From NCBI GenBank assembly GCA_965226055.1, contig CBDDCA010000004.1, forward strand, positions 1 through 64,000: a DNA stretch of 64,000 nt, written 5' to 3'. Position 1 is the stretch's first letter; each line of letters begins with the position of its first letter. The position numbers and the translations under genes are program-made. Shown here piece after piece: positions 50,691 through 60,711 of the stretch. The DNA comes from Spirochaetia bacterium (GTDB taxonomy: Bacteria > Spirochaetota > Spirochaetia > WTKD01 > G963693115). A model generated the notes under the pieces. The model was given only the letters and a program-made list of their open reading frames with translations. It was not told where the DNA came from and ran no database searches.

Positions 50691-51517
50691 AATTTTCTTG
50701 CAATAATAAATGGGTACTTGTTACAGGAGCAAGCTCAGGGATTGGTAGGGCATTATCCTATGCTTTAGCAGAAAAAGGGGCTCAATTACTTCTTATTGGA
50801 CGTAATACCGCTGAGCTAGAGCACAGTCTTGCTGAATGCTATAAACGGAGTAAGCGATCTCATAAGGAAGTACAGCATTATATATACACTGTAGATCTTA
50901 GTAAAGAAGAACACATTCATCCGTTTATGCAATTTCTTGAGCAAAAAAATATTCATACTGATGTGTTACTCTTAAGTGCAGGTACTAGCATGCATGCAAA
51001 AGTGATAGAGAGTACTGTACAGTTGTACAGGAGCATGTACGAATATAATTGCATAACATCTATATCAATTACTCAGGCCTTGTTGCCAGAACTTATTGAA
51101 CGTAAAGCGATGATTGTATCGATGAATTCGGTGCAATCTGTTATAGGTGTTCCTTTTCATGGAGCGTATGCTGCTGCCAAGCATGCAGTGTCAGCCTACT
51201 TAGAAACTCTTGAACTAGAAGAACCAAATATAGATATTGTAGAATTAAAGTTAGGATGGATTCGTGATACTAATATTAGAAAAAATGCCTTAGCAGGCGA
51301 TGGATCTATTAGCCATACTCGAAAAAATAATAAGAGGGATCATGGATCAAGTATAGCTTTAGATGACTGTATAAAAAAAATAATATATGCCATTGAGCAT
51401 AAGAAGCGATATATGTATGTACCTCAGTCTTGGAAGCATATTTTGTTTGCAAAGTATGCCTTTCGTACACTCTTACATAAAAAAATAAAACAGAAAGCAT
51501 ATAAAGATAGTGCATAA
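50687..51517 (+). CDS. SDR family oxidoreductase
   Basis: TGASSGIG, YAAAK. Confidence 0.9.
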   Translation: MKFSCNNKWVLVTGASSGIGRALSYALAEKGAQLLLIGRNTAELEHSLAECYKRSKRSHKEVQHYIYTVDLSKEEHIHPFMQFLEQKNIHTDVLLLSAGTSMHAKVIESTVQLYRSMYEYNCITSISITQALLPELIERKAMIVSMNSVQSVIGVPFHGAYAAAKHAVSAYLETLELEEPNIDIVELKLGWIRDTNIRKNALAGDGSISHTRKNNKRDHGSSIALDDCIKKIIYAIEHKKRYMYVPQSWKHILFAKYAFRTLLHKKIKQKAYKDSA

Positions 51518-51555
51518 TACATGTTATATGAAACATTATTATGAAAGGATGATAT

Positions 51556-52317
51556 ATGAACAAACAAAACACATTTTTTTATAGGCTCATTAATAGCCAA
51601 TTCATTCGATATAGTAAGCTCGTAACCCATACTCATGGAATACCGTTTCTACAAAGCATACTTATGTTTATACTTATTACTGTAGGATTTAGCTTACTTC
51701 ATATAGTTCTATATAATGTAATTTTTTATAATCTTTCTCTCCTTATACAAGATGTGTTTACGAACCTTGCTTTAATAACCCTTATGATAATTATTATAAG
51801 ACATACAAGCAGAGTATTTTTTCATCTTCATAACAAAAGAAATATTTCTTTGTTTCATCCGCTTCCTATAACACAAAAAGTGAAATTTATTGTATTATGT
51901 GGGTTTGTGTATGTATTTCAAACAATAGTATCCTTCTTGAGTTTTGTCCTTATAGCGTTTGTTATAAACTATATGTACACTCTGGCTTCAATACCCAATC
52001 TCCCGTTAAAGCTATATGAATTGTTGGATGCAATAAATATACGAACAATATTTGATTATGTTACTGTGATAACATGTTTTTTCTTTGGTGCTATATATTT
52101 TAAGTCCCGACATATGAATAAAACAATATTAGCAATGGTGGTAGGCTCTCTTTTACTCTCGTTTTTAGTTGCTATGGATCTTCCTGTGCTAAGCACGATG
52201 TTTTTCTATAATGATGAATGGACGGCAGATATTGTTATAAGTATCCTTATCAATGGACTAGGAATACCCTTCACCTATATCTTGATGAAAAAGCATACTA
52301 TAGCAAAAGTAAAGTAG
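51556..52317 (+). CDS. Putative ABC permease (multi-TM)
   Basis: About 6 TM helices, LP....K motif; same operon as the ABC ATPase. Confidence 0.6.
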   Translation: MNKQNTFFYRLINSQFIRYSKLVTHTHGIPFLQSILMFILITVGFSLLHIVLYNVIFYNLSLLIQDVFTNLALITLMIIIIRHTSRVFFHLHNKRNISLFHPLPITQKVKFIVLCGFVYVFQTIVSFLSFVLIAFVINYMYTLASIPNLPLKLYELLDAINIRTIFDYVTVITCFFFGAIYFKSRHMNKTILAMVVGSLLLSFLVAMDLPVLSTMFFYNDEWTADIVISILINGLGIPFTYILMKKHTIAKVK

Positions 52318-52335
52318 CCATATCATCATTAAACA

Positions 52336-52632
52336 CTAGGAGAAAGAGAACAGAAAGAAAAGAGAGAGTAATAGTATAAAAATACTTACTAACAGTACAT
52401 GTTTTCTTTTTTTGAATACAAGGAAGTCAATGAGTAAGCCCAATGAAGTGAAAAAAGGAGAGCCTATGACAATACATGAAAGGAAGAATTCTATACTGTT
52501 TTTTATAGTGCCATTTTCTGTTATTGAAAAAACATTCATGCTGACTATAAGTAAAGACAGTCCTATAATAAGTAATTGTAGGCTATAAAGTATTGTGTAA
52601 GTATATTGATATTGTATTTTTGTTTTTTTCAT
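52336..52632 (-). CDS. Small hypothetical membrane protein
   Basis: Three hydrophobic segments from MKKTK; the longer track start overlaps the TauE gene. Confidence 0.4.
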   Translation of the reverse strand: MKKTKIQYQYTYTILYSLQLLIIGLSLLIVSMNVFSITENGTIKNSIEFFLSCIVIGSPFFTSLGLLIDFLVFKKRKHVLLVSIFILLLSLFFLFSFS

Positions 52633-52658
52633 TATTGTAATAGGAACATTATTATAGA

Positions 52659-53471
52659 TTATTCTGTTAATGCAGAGTATACCATAGTAGCTGATATAAT
52701 AAAGTTTACTAATATGAATAACCAAGATAATTGTTTATTTTTTATTCTTGAAAGAGTATATTTTCCAATGTATGTTCCTATATATCCTCCTGTAATGAGC
52801 AACATAGCAGTTACTATATCTATTTGTATTGATTGAGTATACACTAATAATGCAGGTACTGTCGAAAAGCTAATAATAAATGAGCTTGTAGCAATAGCTA
52901 TTTTAATGGGAACTTTACAGATAAATACCATAATGGGAACAAGTACACTTCCTCCTCCTAATCCAAGCATCCCTCCTAAAAATCCTGCAGTACTTGCAAT
53001 ACCCACTGCTGTCTTTATCCGAATTGGCACATATTGTATGCTATTGTTGTGGGAATTTTTTTGATTTGTATCTTGTTTTTCAGTATACTCATGAAAGAAG
53101 AAGCTGTTTTTATTGGTACTCAATGTAGGCTGAGTGATACGTAACATATACAAGCTTAAAATAAATACTGAACAAGCAAAAAGTATTTTGATAACAATGG
53201 TATAGGTAATGAGGCTGACATTTGCTCCTATAAAAGAGCCAACAATAGCAGTGATAGCAAGTACTAAGCCTAGACTTATATTAGTTTTGTTTTCTCTTAA
53301 GAATAAAATATTAGAAAAAAGACTGCGACATAAAATACAGATAAGTGATAATGTGATAGCAGTATGAATGTTAAAATCAAATACAATGCTGAGAAAAGGA
53401 ACCATAATAACCCCACCCCCTAATCCAAAGAGTGTTCCTATAAACCCTGCTAAAATGCCAACTAGTATCAT
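52659..53471 (-). CDS. TauE/SafE family sulfite exporter
   Basis: Duplicated GLGGG..VP motifs. Confidence 0.9.
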   Translation of the reverse strand: MILVGILAGFIGTLFGLGGGVIMVPFLSIVFDFNIHTAITLSLICILCRSLFSNILFLRENKTNISLGLVLAITAIVGSFIGANVSLITYTIVIKILFACSVFILSLYMLRITQPTLSTNKNSFFFHEYTEKQDTNQKNSHNNSIQYVPIRIKTAVGIASTAGFLGGMLGLGGGSVLVPIMVFICKVPIKIAIATSSFIISFSTVPALLVYTQSIQIDIVTAMLLITGGYIGTYIGKYTLSRIKNKQLSWLFILVNFIISATMVYSALTE

Positions 53472-53499
53472 ATATGTTTGAAGTATTATTAGTATAGTA

Positions 53500-54282
53500 T
53501 TAGTAAATATCTGCTCGCACTATTGTTTTTGTAAACCCGAGATCTTTGAGTACGCTAGATATAGTAAGATACCCTTCTTTTTTAAGTTTGTCAACTATGA
53601 CTCGGTAATATCCATTATTGTATTCAATGATGGCATATATTTCATGTTCGTATAATCTATTTATAAGCCGTTGTGCATTTGTTCGTTTGCTATAACTTGC
53701 CACTTGTATACTGACTGTATCATTTTCATTCTTAAAGTATTTTTCAGCACTGCTAAAACCACTGGGTTTTTTCTTTTCTATTTCTCCTAAACTTATAATT
53801 TCTATGTTCACTAAGGCAAGTCCCGATGCAATCATGCCTAATTCTTCTGCTGCCCGTTTAGAGACATCAATAACCCTGTTTTCAATATAAGGACCTCTAT
53901 CATTTATACGGACAATGACTGAGGTATTGTTTGCTTTATTTGTTACTTTTACAATACTATCAAAAGGTAAGGACTTATGAGCAGCAGTCATTTCATTCAT
54001 ATTAAAACGCTCACCATTTGCAGTCAATCGGTTATGAAATTTTTCAGCATAATAAGATGCGTAGCCCTCTAGTTCATATGTTTTATTCTTTTGATCGTCA
54101 TACATTTGTGTTTTTGCATGTTGTATAGTATCTGTTGAAACACTCACTCCATCATGGACATAGAGTAAATCAAAATTGTTGGGCACATACTCAGGTGGCT
54201 CATCATAGTTTTGGGCATGTATAGGATACATAGCTCCAAATACACTGAGAATAGTAAATAGAAAATACTGCATGATCTTCAT
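53500..54282 (-). CDS. rlpA: Septal ring lytic transglycosylase with SPOR domain
   Basis: ASYY, TANGE, AAHKSLP, RINDRGP, IQVASY. Confidence 0.92.
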   Translation of the reverse strand: MKIMQYFLFTILSVFGAMYPIHAQNYDEPPEYVPNNFDLLYVHDGVSVSTDTIQHAKTQMYDDQKNKTYELEGYASYYAEKFHNRLTANGERFNMNEMTAAHKSLPFDSIVKVTNKANNTSVIVRINDRGPYIENRVIDVSKRAAEELGMIASGLALVNIEIISLGEIEKKKPSGFSSAEKYFKNENDTVSIQVASYSKRTNAQRLINRLYEHEIYAIIEYNNGYYRVIVDKLKKEGYLTISSVLKDLGFTKTIVRADIY

Positions 54283-54355
54283 ACTCGTAACTATCGTCAG
54301 TTTTATGGCATTTCTTAATATATAAATACTTACTCATATCTGTTATACTATATAT

Positions 54356-56401
54356 ATGAGTAAAGCAGTGCATTGGGCTGATATATATGCAGAAAAAGTA
54401 ATTCGTGATAAAGGTGAAAAAGAGTGTTATGTATGTGCTTCTGGTATTACTCCATCAGGCACAGTACATATTGGTAATTTTAGAGAAATTATATCAGTTG
54501 AGTTAGTGATACGAGCTCTTAAAGATATGGGCAAAAATACTCGATATGTTTTTTCTTGGGATGATTTTGATGTGTTTCGTAAAGTACCCAAGAATATTTC
54601 TAATGCAAGTGATTATGAAGCATATCTGAGAGTTCCTATTGTTGATATTCCAGATCCCTGGAATCGTGCAAACAATTATGCAAAAGGAAATGAGCTTGCT
54701 ATTGAGAGCTTGTTAGGTCGTGTAGGAATTTTCCCTGAATACATATATCAGGCAAAAGAATATCGAAATGGAACATATACTGAAGGGATACGTCTTGCAC
54801 TGCAATATAGAAATGATATTCTTGAAATTCTCAATGCTCATCGTGATACTCCTTTAGGAGATGATTGGTATCCAATTAGTATTTTTAGTGCTTTTACCAA
54901 TAGAGATAATACAAAGATTCTTCACTGGGATGGAGAGTGGAATGTACGCTATGTATGTCTTGATACTAACAAAGAAGATACTATTGATATTAGAGATAGT
55001 TCTTTAGTAAAATTATTATGGCGCATTGATTGGCCTATGAGATGGAAACAAGAGCAAGTGGATTTTGAGCCTGCAGGAAAAGATCATCATTCAAAGGGAG
55101 GCAGTTTTGATACTGCAAGAGAAATTGTAGATGTAGTGTATCATTATGAAGCCCCTGTAACCTTTCAATACGATTTTGTTCGTATAAAGGGAGGAACAGG
55201 CAAAATTTCATCTTCTAGTGGAGATGTGATTGGCCTTGAAGATGTTTTGAAAGTATATACCCCTCAGCTTGTTCGATTTTTGTTTGCAGGAACAAGACCT
55301 AATTCGGAGTTTGCTATTTCTTTTGATGTTGATGTGATTAAGATATACGAAGATTATGATAGATTAGAGAGAGAATATTATGCAAGTACTGCAGATGATG
55401 CAAATGCTAATCCTAAATTAGCAAAGCGAAGACGTATGTACGAACTATCACAGACACATCATGTAAGTAAAGTACAGCCTTTTCAAATTCCATTTCGTCA
55501 TCTTTGTAATTTACTGCAAATTTATCATGGAGATCAAAAAGCAGTAATTTCTCGGTTGCAAGAAAATGGTGAATTAAGCGATGTCCAAATACAAGAACAC
55601 GGTGAATATCTTACTTTGAGAATGACTTGTGCATGGAATTGGATACGGCATTATGCTCCTGAAGATTTTAAGTTTCGTTTGAAGGATCCTTTGATTAAAA
55701 TTTTCATTGAAAAATTGCAATCATTCATTAAAGATTTAAGTGAGCAGTCAAAATCAGAGGATGTTTTTGAAAAATTAAAAGTATCAATAAAAGAGTTAAG
55801 ACAAGAATCAAAAAAATACCCTGCAATAAAAATAAGCGAATTTTTAGAAAAGATAAGTGACTTTTTAGAAAAAATAAGTGACGATGATGAAAAGATGATT
55901 AAATTTTTCATTGAAAAATTACAATCATTCATTAAAGCCTTACATGAGCAGTCAAAATCAGAGGATGTTTTTGAAAAATTAAAAGTATCAATAAAAGAGT
56001 TAAGACAAGAATCAAAAAAATATCCAACAGCAGAGATAAGCAACTTTTTAAAAAAGTTTAACGATGAAGATGTAGAGGATTTCTTAAAAGAATATGGAAA
56101 GAATTTAGATATAAGAGTATGGCATGAAGACATAATAAAGATTTCATTAGATAAAGATTTAGGGGATAAAATTATTGCTGCAAGGACATATCTTAGAAAA
56201 AATTTAGCAGAACGATGGGATAGCTTAGATGATAAAGGGATAAATGAGCTCATATATGAAGCAATACACAAACACCAATTAGATAATATAGGGTTTTTTA
56301 AGGATATATATAAACGTTTAATCGGAAAAGAAAAAGGCCCACGTTTAGGTAATTTTATGCGTATAATTGGAAAAGATCGTATTTTGGAGTATCTTGCATG
56401 A
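54356..56401 (+). CDS. lysS: Class I lysyl-tRNA synthetase with large insertion
   Basis: HWAD, GITPSGTVHIGNFRE, WRIDWPMRW, KISSSSG, GPRLG. Confidence 0.95.
   Translation: MSKAVHWADIYAEKVIRDKGEKECYVCASGITPSGTVHIGNFREIISVELVIRALKDMGKNTRYVFSWDDFDVFRKVPKNISNASDYEAYLRVPIVDIPDPWNRANNYAKGNELAIESLLGRVGIFPEYIYQAKEYRNGTYTEGIRLALQYRNDILEILNAHRDTPLGDDWYPISIFSAFTNRDNTKILHWDGEWNVRYVCLDTNKEDTIDIRDSSLVKLLWRIDWPMRWKQEQVDFEPAGKDHHSKGGSFDTAREIVDVVYHYEAPVTFQYDFVRIKGGTGKISSSSGDVIGLEDVLKVYTPQLVRFLFAGTRPNSEFAISFDVDVIKIYEDYDRLEREYYASTADDANANPKLAKRRRMYELSQTHHVSKVQPFQIPFRHLCNLLQIYHGDQKAVISRLQENGELSDVQIQEHGEYLTLRMTCAWNWIRHYAPEDFKFRLKDPLIKIFIEKLQSFIKDLSEQSKSEDVFEKLKVSIKELRQESKKYPAIKISEFLEKISDFLEKISDDDEKMIKFFIEKLQSFIKALHEQSKSEDVFEKLKVSIKELRQESKKYPTAEISNFLKKFNDEDVEDFLKEYGKNLDIRVWHEDIIKISLDKDLGDKIIAARTYLRKNLAERWDSLDDKGINELIYEAIHKHQLDNIGFFKDIYKRLIGKEKGPRLGNFMRIIGKDRILEYLA
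55691..56041 (+). repeat. Tandem duplication inside lysS (period 204 bp) plus 21-bp micro-duplication
   Basis: 55691-55837 is near-identical to 55895-56041; tttttagaaaaRataagtgac occurs twice at 55841-55882. Confidence 0.92.
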
Positions 56402-57126
56402 TGAATGATAGTGCTATATCGTATCAAGGTGTCTCATTAAAACAAAAAGTAGGGGAATATGTTGTTGATGCATATATAAAAAGCTCTATGGCAATAGGGT
56501 TAGGGTCTGGGACTACTGCCATTTATGCAGTACGTAAGATTGCTGCTATGTACAAGGAAAAAAAATTACACAACATATTTTGTTGTAGTACAGGTCCTGG
56601 TACACAGCTTGAAGCACAGACGTTGGGATTACCTTGTATGAATATGGATCATCCATTGTTGACAGAACTTGATGTTGTTATAGATGGAGCAGATGAGTTT
56701 GATACAAATGCGTATGTATTAAAAGGAGGGGGAGGATGTCATTTATATGAAAAACTTGCTTTATACAGTGCAAAACAAGGAGTTATGATAGTACAAGCAA
56801 ATAAAAAAGTGGATGCTTTAGCTATACGTTTTCCTCTTGCTGTTGAGTGCATTCCTCTTGCTCAAAGCAGAGTATATACTGCATTACAGAAATTGCTCCC
56901 TATAGCCTCTATTGTGTTAAGAAAAGATGCAAAAAATATCGGTCCTTGGATTACTCCTGAAGGAAATTATATTTTTGATGTATTGCTATCAAAAGCGGTA
57001 GATGTCTCTTTTTTTGAGGATGCTATAAATGCTATACCAGGAGTTATTGAAAATGGTTTTTTTAGTAAGAAGAAAGTGATAATAGTAAGCATTGATAATG
57101 AAGGAACAATACAAACGCTTAATTAA
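56398..57126 (+). CDS. rpiA: Ribose-5-phosphate isomerase A
   Basis: GLGSGTT, DGADE, KGGGG, IPGVIENG. Confidence 0.93.
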   Translation: MMNDSAISYQGVSLKQKVGEYVVDAYIKSSMAIGLGSGTTAIYAVRKIAAMYKEKKLHNIFCCSTGPGTQLEAQTLGLPCMNMDHPLLTELDVVIDGADEFDTNAYVLKGGGGCHLYEKLALYSAKQGVMIVQANKKVDALAIRFPLAVECIPLAQSRVYTALQKLLPIASIVLRKDAKNIGPWITPEGNYIFDVLLSKAVDVSFFEDAINAIPGVIENGFFSKKKVIIVSIDNEGTIQTLN

Positions 57127-57175
57127 GACTGTGTCTCAATAGAGGCAAAAACAATACAGTAATATATAGTTTCTT

Positions 57176-58123
57176 TTATGCTACTGTAGCGTTACGCCAA
57201 TTTTTCTGTACTTTTACCTTTAATTGAAGATTGACAGAAAAATCAAAAATATCATTGATAGCTTTTGAGGCTCGTTTGCGTATGTTTGCTATCATGCTTC
57301 CTTTTTTTCCAACAACAATAGCAAGCTGACTTTTTGTATCAACAATAATTTCTACTAATACTGCTATTGCTGTTGTCTTTCCTGCTTTGTTTGTAGTAAG
57401 TACAGTACTCCTTGCTAGTTTTGTATTTATTGCATGAGGAAGTTCCTGTGATAAAAAATGAATAGCTGCAGACCTTACTTGTTCACAAATGCGAAATTCA
57501 CCTTCTTGGTCAGTATAATAATCAATAGGATAATGAAAAGTATCGTTTGGAAGATACTTTGCCAATGTAGTAAGCAATGTTTCTAAGCCATATTTTTGCA
57601 ATGAAGAAATTGCTACAAACTCCGTTTGAGAAACTCGCTGGGATAATTGTTTTGTAGCAGGATGTTCTTGTATAATAGTATTGATTTCTGATTGTGATAG
57701 CGAATCATGTTCTTTTTGTATTAGATCTATTTTTGTAAATGCAACAACTAGCGGTTGAGGAGCTTTGTTTAGTATTTGTATAAGAGCCATTTCTTCATCC
57801 CCTATTTTTCGGCTTGTGTCTATAAGGGAAAGAATGACATCACAGTGTTTAATAGCAGTGGTAACTTGAGCACTAAGATGCTTATTGTATTTTTTTTCAG
57901 AAATATGATAACCGGGACTATCAAGAAAAATATATTGAACTTTTTCTGTATTGACTATGATACGTATAATAGTACGGGTAGTTTGAGGGTATTGAGAGAC
58001 TATTGAGGCCTCATGCTTACACAATGTATTTAAGAGAGTTGATTTACCTGCCGATGGGCGGCCTATTACTGCTATAAACCCACATTGTGTTAATGAGGGA
58101 TGTTCTGTATGTTGTATATTCAT
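57176..58123 (-). CDS. era: GTPase Era
   Basis: GRPSAGKSTL, PQTTR, DSPG, TKID, KH-like VVGKKG. Confidence 0.93.
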   Translation of the reverse strand: MNIQHTEHPSLTQCGFIAVIGRPSAGKSTLLNTLCKHEASIVSQYPQTTRTIIRIIVNTEKVQYIFLDSPGYHISEKKYNKHLSAQVTTAIKHCDVILSLIDTSRKIGDEEMALIQILNKAPQPLVVAFTKIDLIQKEHDSLSQSEINTIIQEHPATKQLSQRVSQTEFVAISSLQKYGLETLLTTLAKYLPNDTFHYPIDYYTDQEGEFRICEQVRSAAIHFLSQELPHAINTKLARSTVLTTNKAGKTTAIAVLVEIIVDTKSQLAIVVGKKGSMIANIRKRASKAINDIFDFSVNLQLKVKVQKNWRNATVA

Positions 58124-58287
58124 ATTTTTTTATTGGGAACTATAAATGGTGTCAAAAAATTTTATTCTGTTGAATCTTTTGATATCTCATTGAATTCTTA
58201 AATTTGCAATAAGAATTTAATGCTTTTTTTTTATTGCAAGAACGAAAAGGTAGTTGTGCATTTGATAATTCTGTCTTTCTCCTTTTG

Positions 58288-59052
58288 TTAATTATTAAAT
58301 TCATAAGCCATAATAGAACTTTCTTTTCCTTTTATATTTATCTCTTTATTGGTAAATAAATGACAAAGATAAAAATCTTTTTTGATTATATTGAAATAAG
58401 CATTAGTATTAAAATAAGTTCTACCTGCAGGAGCAGAAGATAAACGACAAGCATAATTGACACTTTCTCCAATAGCAAATAATTGATTTGTTCTTACTTT
58501 AAAAAATACTTGTCCATAATCAATGCCTATACCTATTCCTATATTTAGTATATCTAACTTAAATTTTTCATTTTTTGTATATTTCTTATACCATTTTTTA
58601 AAATTTTTGTGTAATTCTATTGCACATTGCATACAACTTAAATATGATTTTTCATCTATTTCTTCTATAAAATGACATAAAATACCATCTCCTGTAAACT
58701 TATCGTATATTCCGTTATGTTTTGTTATTATTTCATTTGATGTACTTATAATATCTTCTATAAAAGAATAGTAATCATTCATACTTTTACAAACAACCAT
58801 TAAATCTGTGCTTTTTCTAATATCTAGACATAATGTATACGTTGCTAAAAGATTAATTTGTTTTGTAGAAGTATCAGTATCAGTATCAAAAAAAGCGTAT
58901 TTATCATCTAACTTTTTTAAATTTTCTATTACTTCTATATTTGCTTGATGTTTAAAAAAATCATCATATATTTTTTTCTCATTTTCAAGGTCTTTTTGTA
59001 AAGATTGTACATATTGAGAGTCATCATCATTTTTACTTTTTTTATCTTTCAC
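58288..59052 (-). CDS. Class III nucleotidyl (adenylate/guanylate-like) cyclase
   Basis: LDIRKST, DKFTGDG, GIGIDYG, IGESVNYACRL. Confidence 0.88.
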   Translation of the reverse strand: MKDKKSKNDDDSQYVQSLQKDLENEKKIYDDFFKHQANIEVIENLKKLDDKYAFFDTDTDTSTKQINLLATYTLCLDIRKSTDLMVVCKSMNDYYSFIEDIISTSNEIITKHNGIYDKFTGDGILCHFIEEIDEKSYLSCMQCAIELHKNFKKWYKKYTKNEKFKLDILNIGIGIGIDYGQVFFKVRTNQLFAIGESVNYACRLSSAPAGRTYFNTNAYFNIIKKDFYLCHLFTNKEINIKGKESSIMAYEFNN

Positions 59053-59058
59053 GAATAT

Positions 59059-59577
59059 TTATTTCAAATTAAGAATAAAATTTTCATAGTATTTAACTAT
59101 AAGATTTTTAGGTATTTCTACATTAGGTAATCCAGTATAGCTTTCATACCATGGAGAACCTTTTATATGGGTAAGATTTACCAAATTTGTAATTGATACT
59201 TCTTTATATACATTACAAATGTTATGTATAATTTTTGTAATTTCACTGTCCTCTACTTCTTTCTCGTTTTTAATGCTATAAGACTCTTTACTCTCTAATA
59301 AGAAATTTTTTGGATTCCTAACATCGCGAAGTAAGTCATATACATCAGGAACAACAGGTCCTAATTTCCATGCCTCTATTCTTTCTGAGAATAAATATTG
59401 TTTTTTTAGAGTACTAATAACCCCAAAACAAATATAAATTAGCTTTAATGTCCTAAGCACATCAATCTTTTTTTGTTCTTTCTTTTCACTAAACAAATCA
59501 TGAAAAAATTTTACAATACTGTTACTAACACGAAAGGCATTGGTAATAGGATTTTTATTTATATTGTTTTCTAACAT
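59059..59577 (-). CDS. Panacea (DUF4065/SocA/GepA) domain antitoxin
   Basis: LKLIY, LF.ERIEAWKLGPVVPDVY, LVNLTH...PW...Y; ATG 59577 preferred. Confidence 0.88.
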   Translation of the reverse strand: MLENNINKNPITNAFRVSNSIVKFFHDLFSEKKEQKKIDVLRTLKLIYICFGVISTLKKQYLFSERIEAWKLGPVVPDVYDLLRDVRNPKNFLLESKESYSIKNEKEVEDSEITKIIHNICNVYKEVSITNLVNLTHIKGSPWYESYTGLPNVEIPKNLIVKYYENFILNLK

Positions 59578-59587
59578 AACCACATAT

Positions 59588-59616
59588 ATTATATTTAAAA
59601 TCGGATATATTGTCAA
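59588..59616 (-). promoter_or_regulatory. Consensus sigma70 promoter of the Panacea-cyclase operon
   Basis: TTGACA-N17-TATAAT, 10 nt upstream of ATG. Confidence 0.85.
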
Positions 59617-59770
59617 TGTAAATTAAATTATTTGATAATTAAAATAAGAAATCAAACAGAAGTACCAAAAACCTCATAAAAGGTAATTTTCTCATTTAGG
59701 GTAACATTATATATAGTTCTCTTTTCTGTTTGTCTTGCATAGCTTGCACACAAGTACTATTATAGAATAT

Positions 59771-60481
59771 ATGAGATTAAATAAAAAGGAACATAATGAA
59801 TTAAAGACAAAAGGAGCTTTCGGAGAAATTGAAAGAAAGAGTCGAATAGTATTTATTGCTGATCCTATTGATAAAGATTTGGCAGCTAAGGTGAATAAAA
59901 CTCTTTTATTATATGATGAAATAAGTAATGATCCTATAAAAATATTTATCAACTCTCCTGGAGGAGAAGTATATTCTGGTTTTTTCATTTATGATTGTAT
60001 ACGTTTTTTGAATTCTCCTGTATATATTATTGGTGCAGGATTAGTAGCAAGTGCAGCAGCTCTTATCTATCTTGCGGTTGATAAGGAATATCGATATTGT
60101 TTACCACACACTCGTTTTTTACTCCATCAACCTTTATCTGGGATGAGGGGGACTGTGAGTGATTTAGAGATTCATGCAAAAGAGTTAGATAACATTAAAA
60201 AATTGATTAGTGATATTATTGCTACACAAACAACACAAGATATCTCTAAAGTAGGTATTGATATTGATAGAGATTATTGGCTACATGCATATGATGCATT
60301 GGAATATGGCTTAGTATATCAAATTATCCAAAATAAAGAAGATGTACCATTACTATTTCCTACGGATAAAGCAAAGAAAAAAGATTCTATAAAAAAAGAC
60401 AGCAAAAGTAATACAAAAAGTACAAAGAAAATAACTGTATCAAAAAGCTCTGTAAAAAAAACAACTTCCAAAAAAGAGTAA
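59771..60481 (+). CDS. clpP: Second Clp protease proteolytic subunit, Lys-rich tail
   Basis: FINSPGG, VASAA (Ser), HQP, DRDYW; TTGCAT-N17-TATTAT-N7-ATG. Confidence 0.9.
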   Translation: MRLNKKEHNELKTKGAFGEIERKSRIVFIADPIDKDLAAKVNKTLLLYDEISNDPIKIFINSPGGEVYSGFFIYDCIRFLNSPVYIIGAGLVASAAALIYLAVDKEYRYCLPHTRFLLHQPLSGMRGTVSDLEIHAKELDNIKKLISDIIATQTTQDISKVGIDIDRDYWLHAYDALEYGLVYQIIQNKEDVPLLFPTDKAKKKDSIKKDSKSNTKSTKKITVSKSSVKKTTSKKE

Positions 60482-60711
60482 CAAATACATATCCTATTTT
60501 TCTGTATTCTATTTTTTTATATGTATTCCTTGTATTGTAGATATATGCAAAAATAAAGTATAGAGTTTTACCCTCAATGAGTGATGCATTTAAAATATGT
60601 AATGCTTTGAATATCACTTTAGATATTATGATAGTTATGTTTTTTATTTAACTTATTTTATGTATAATATAATATACGATTATGCAAAAAATCATGTAAA
60701 AAATACCTATT

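Noticed and set aside
55651-56427. 258-aa minus-strand ORF; intein in lysS
   Set aside because: Antisense shadow of the lysS repeat; no intein splice motifs
58288-59052. Calling the cyclase a canonical Pycsar system
   Set aside because: No adjacent TM or TIR cNMP-binding effector; the partner is a Panacea protein
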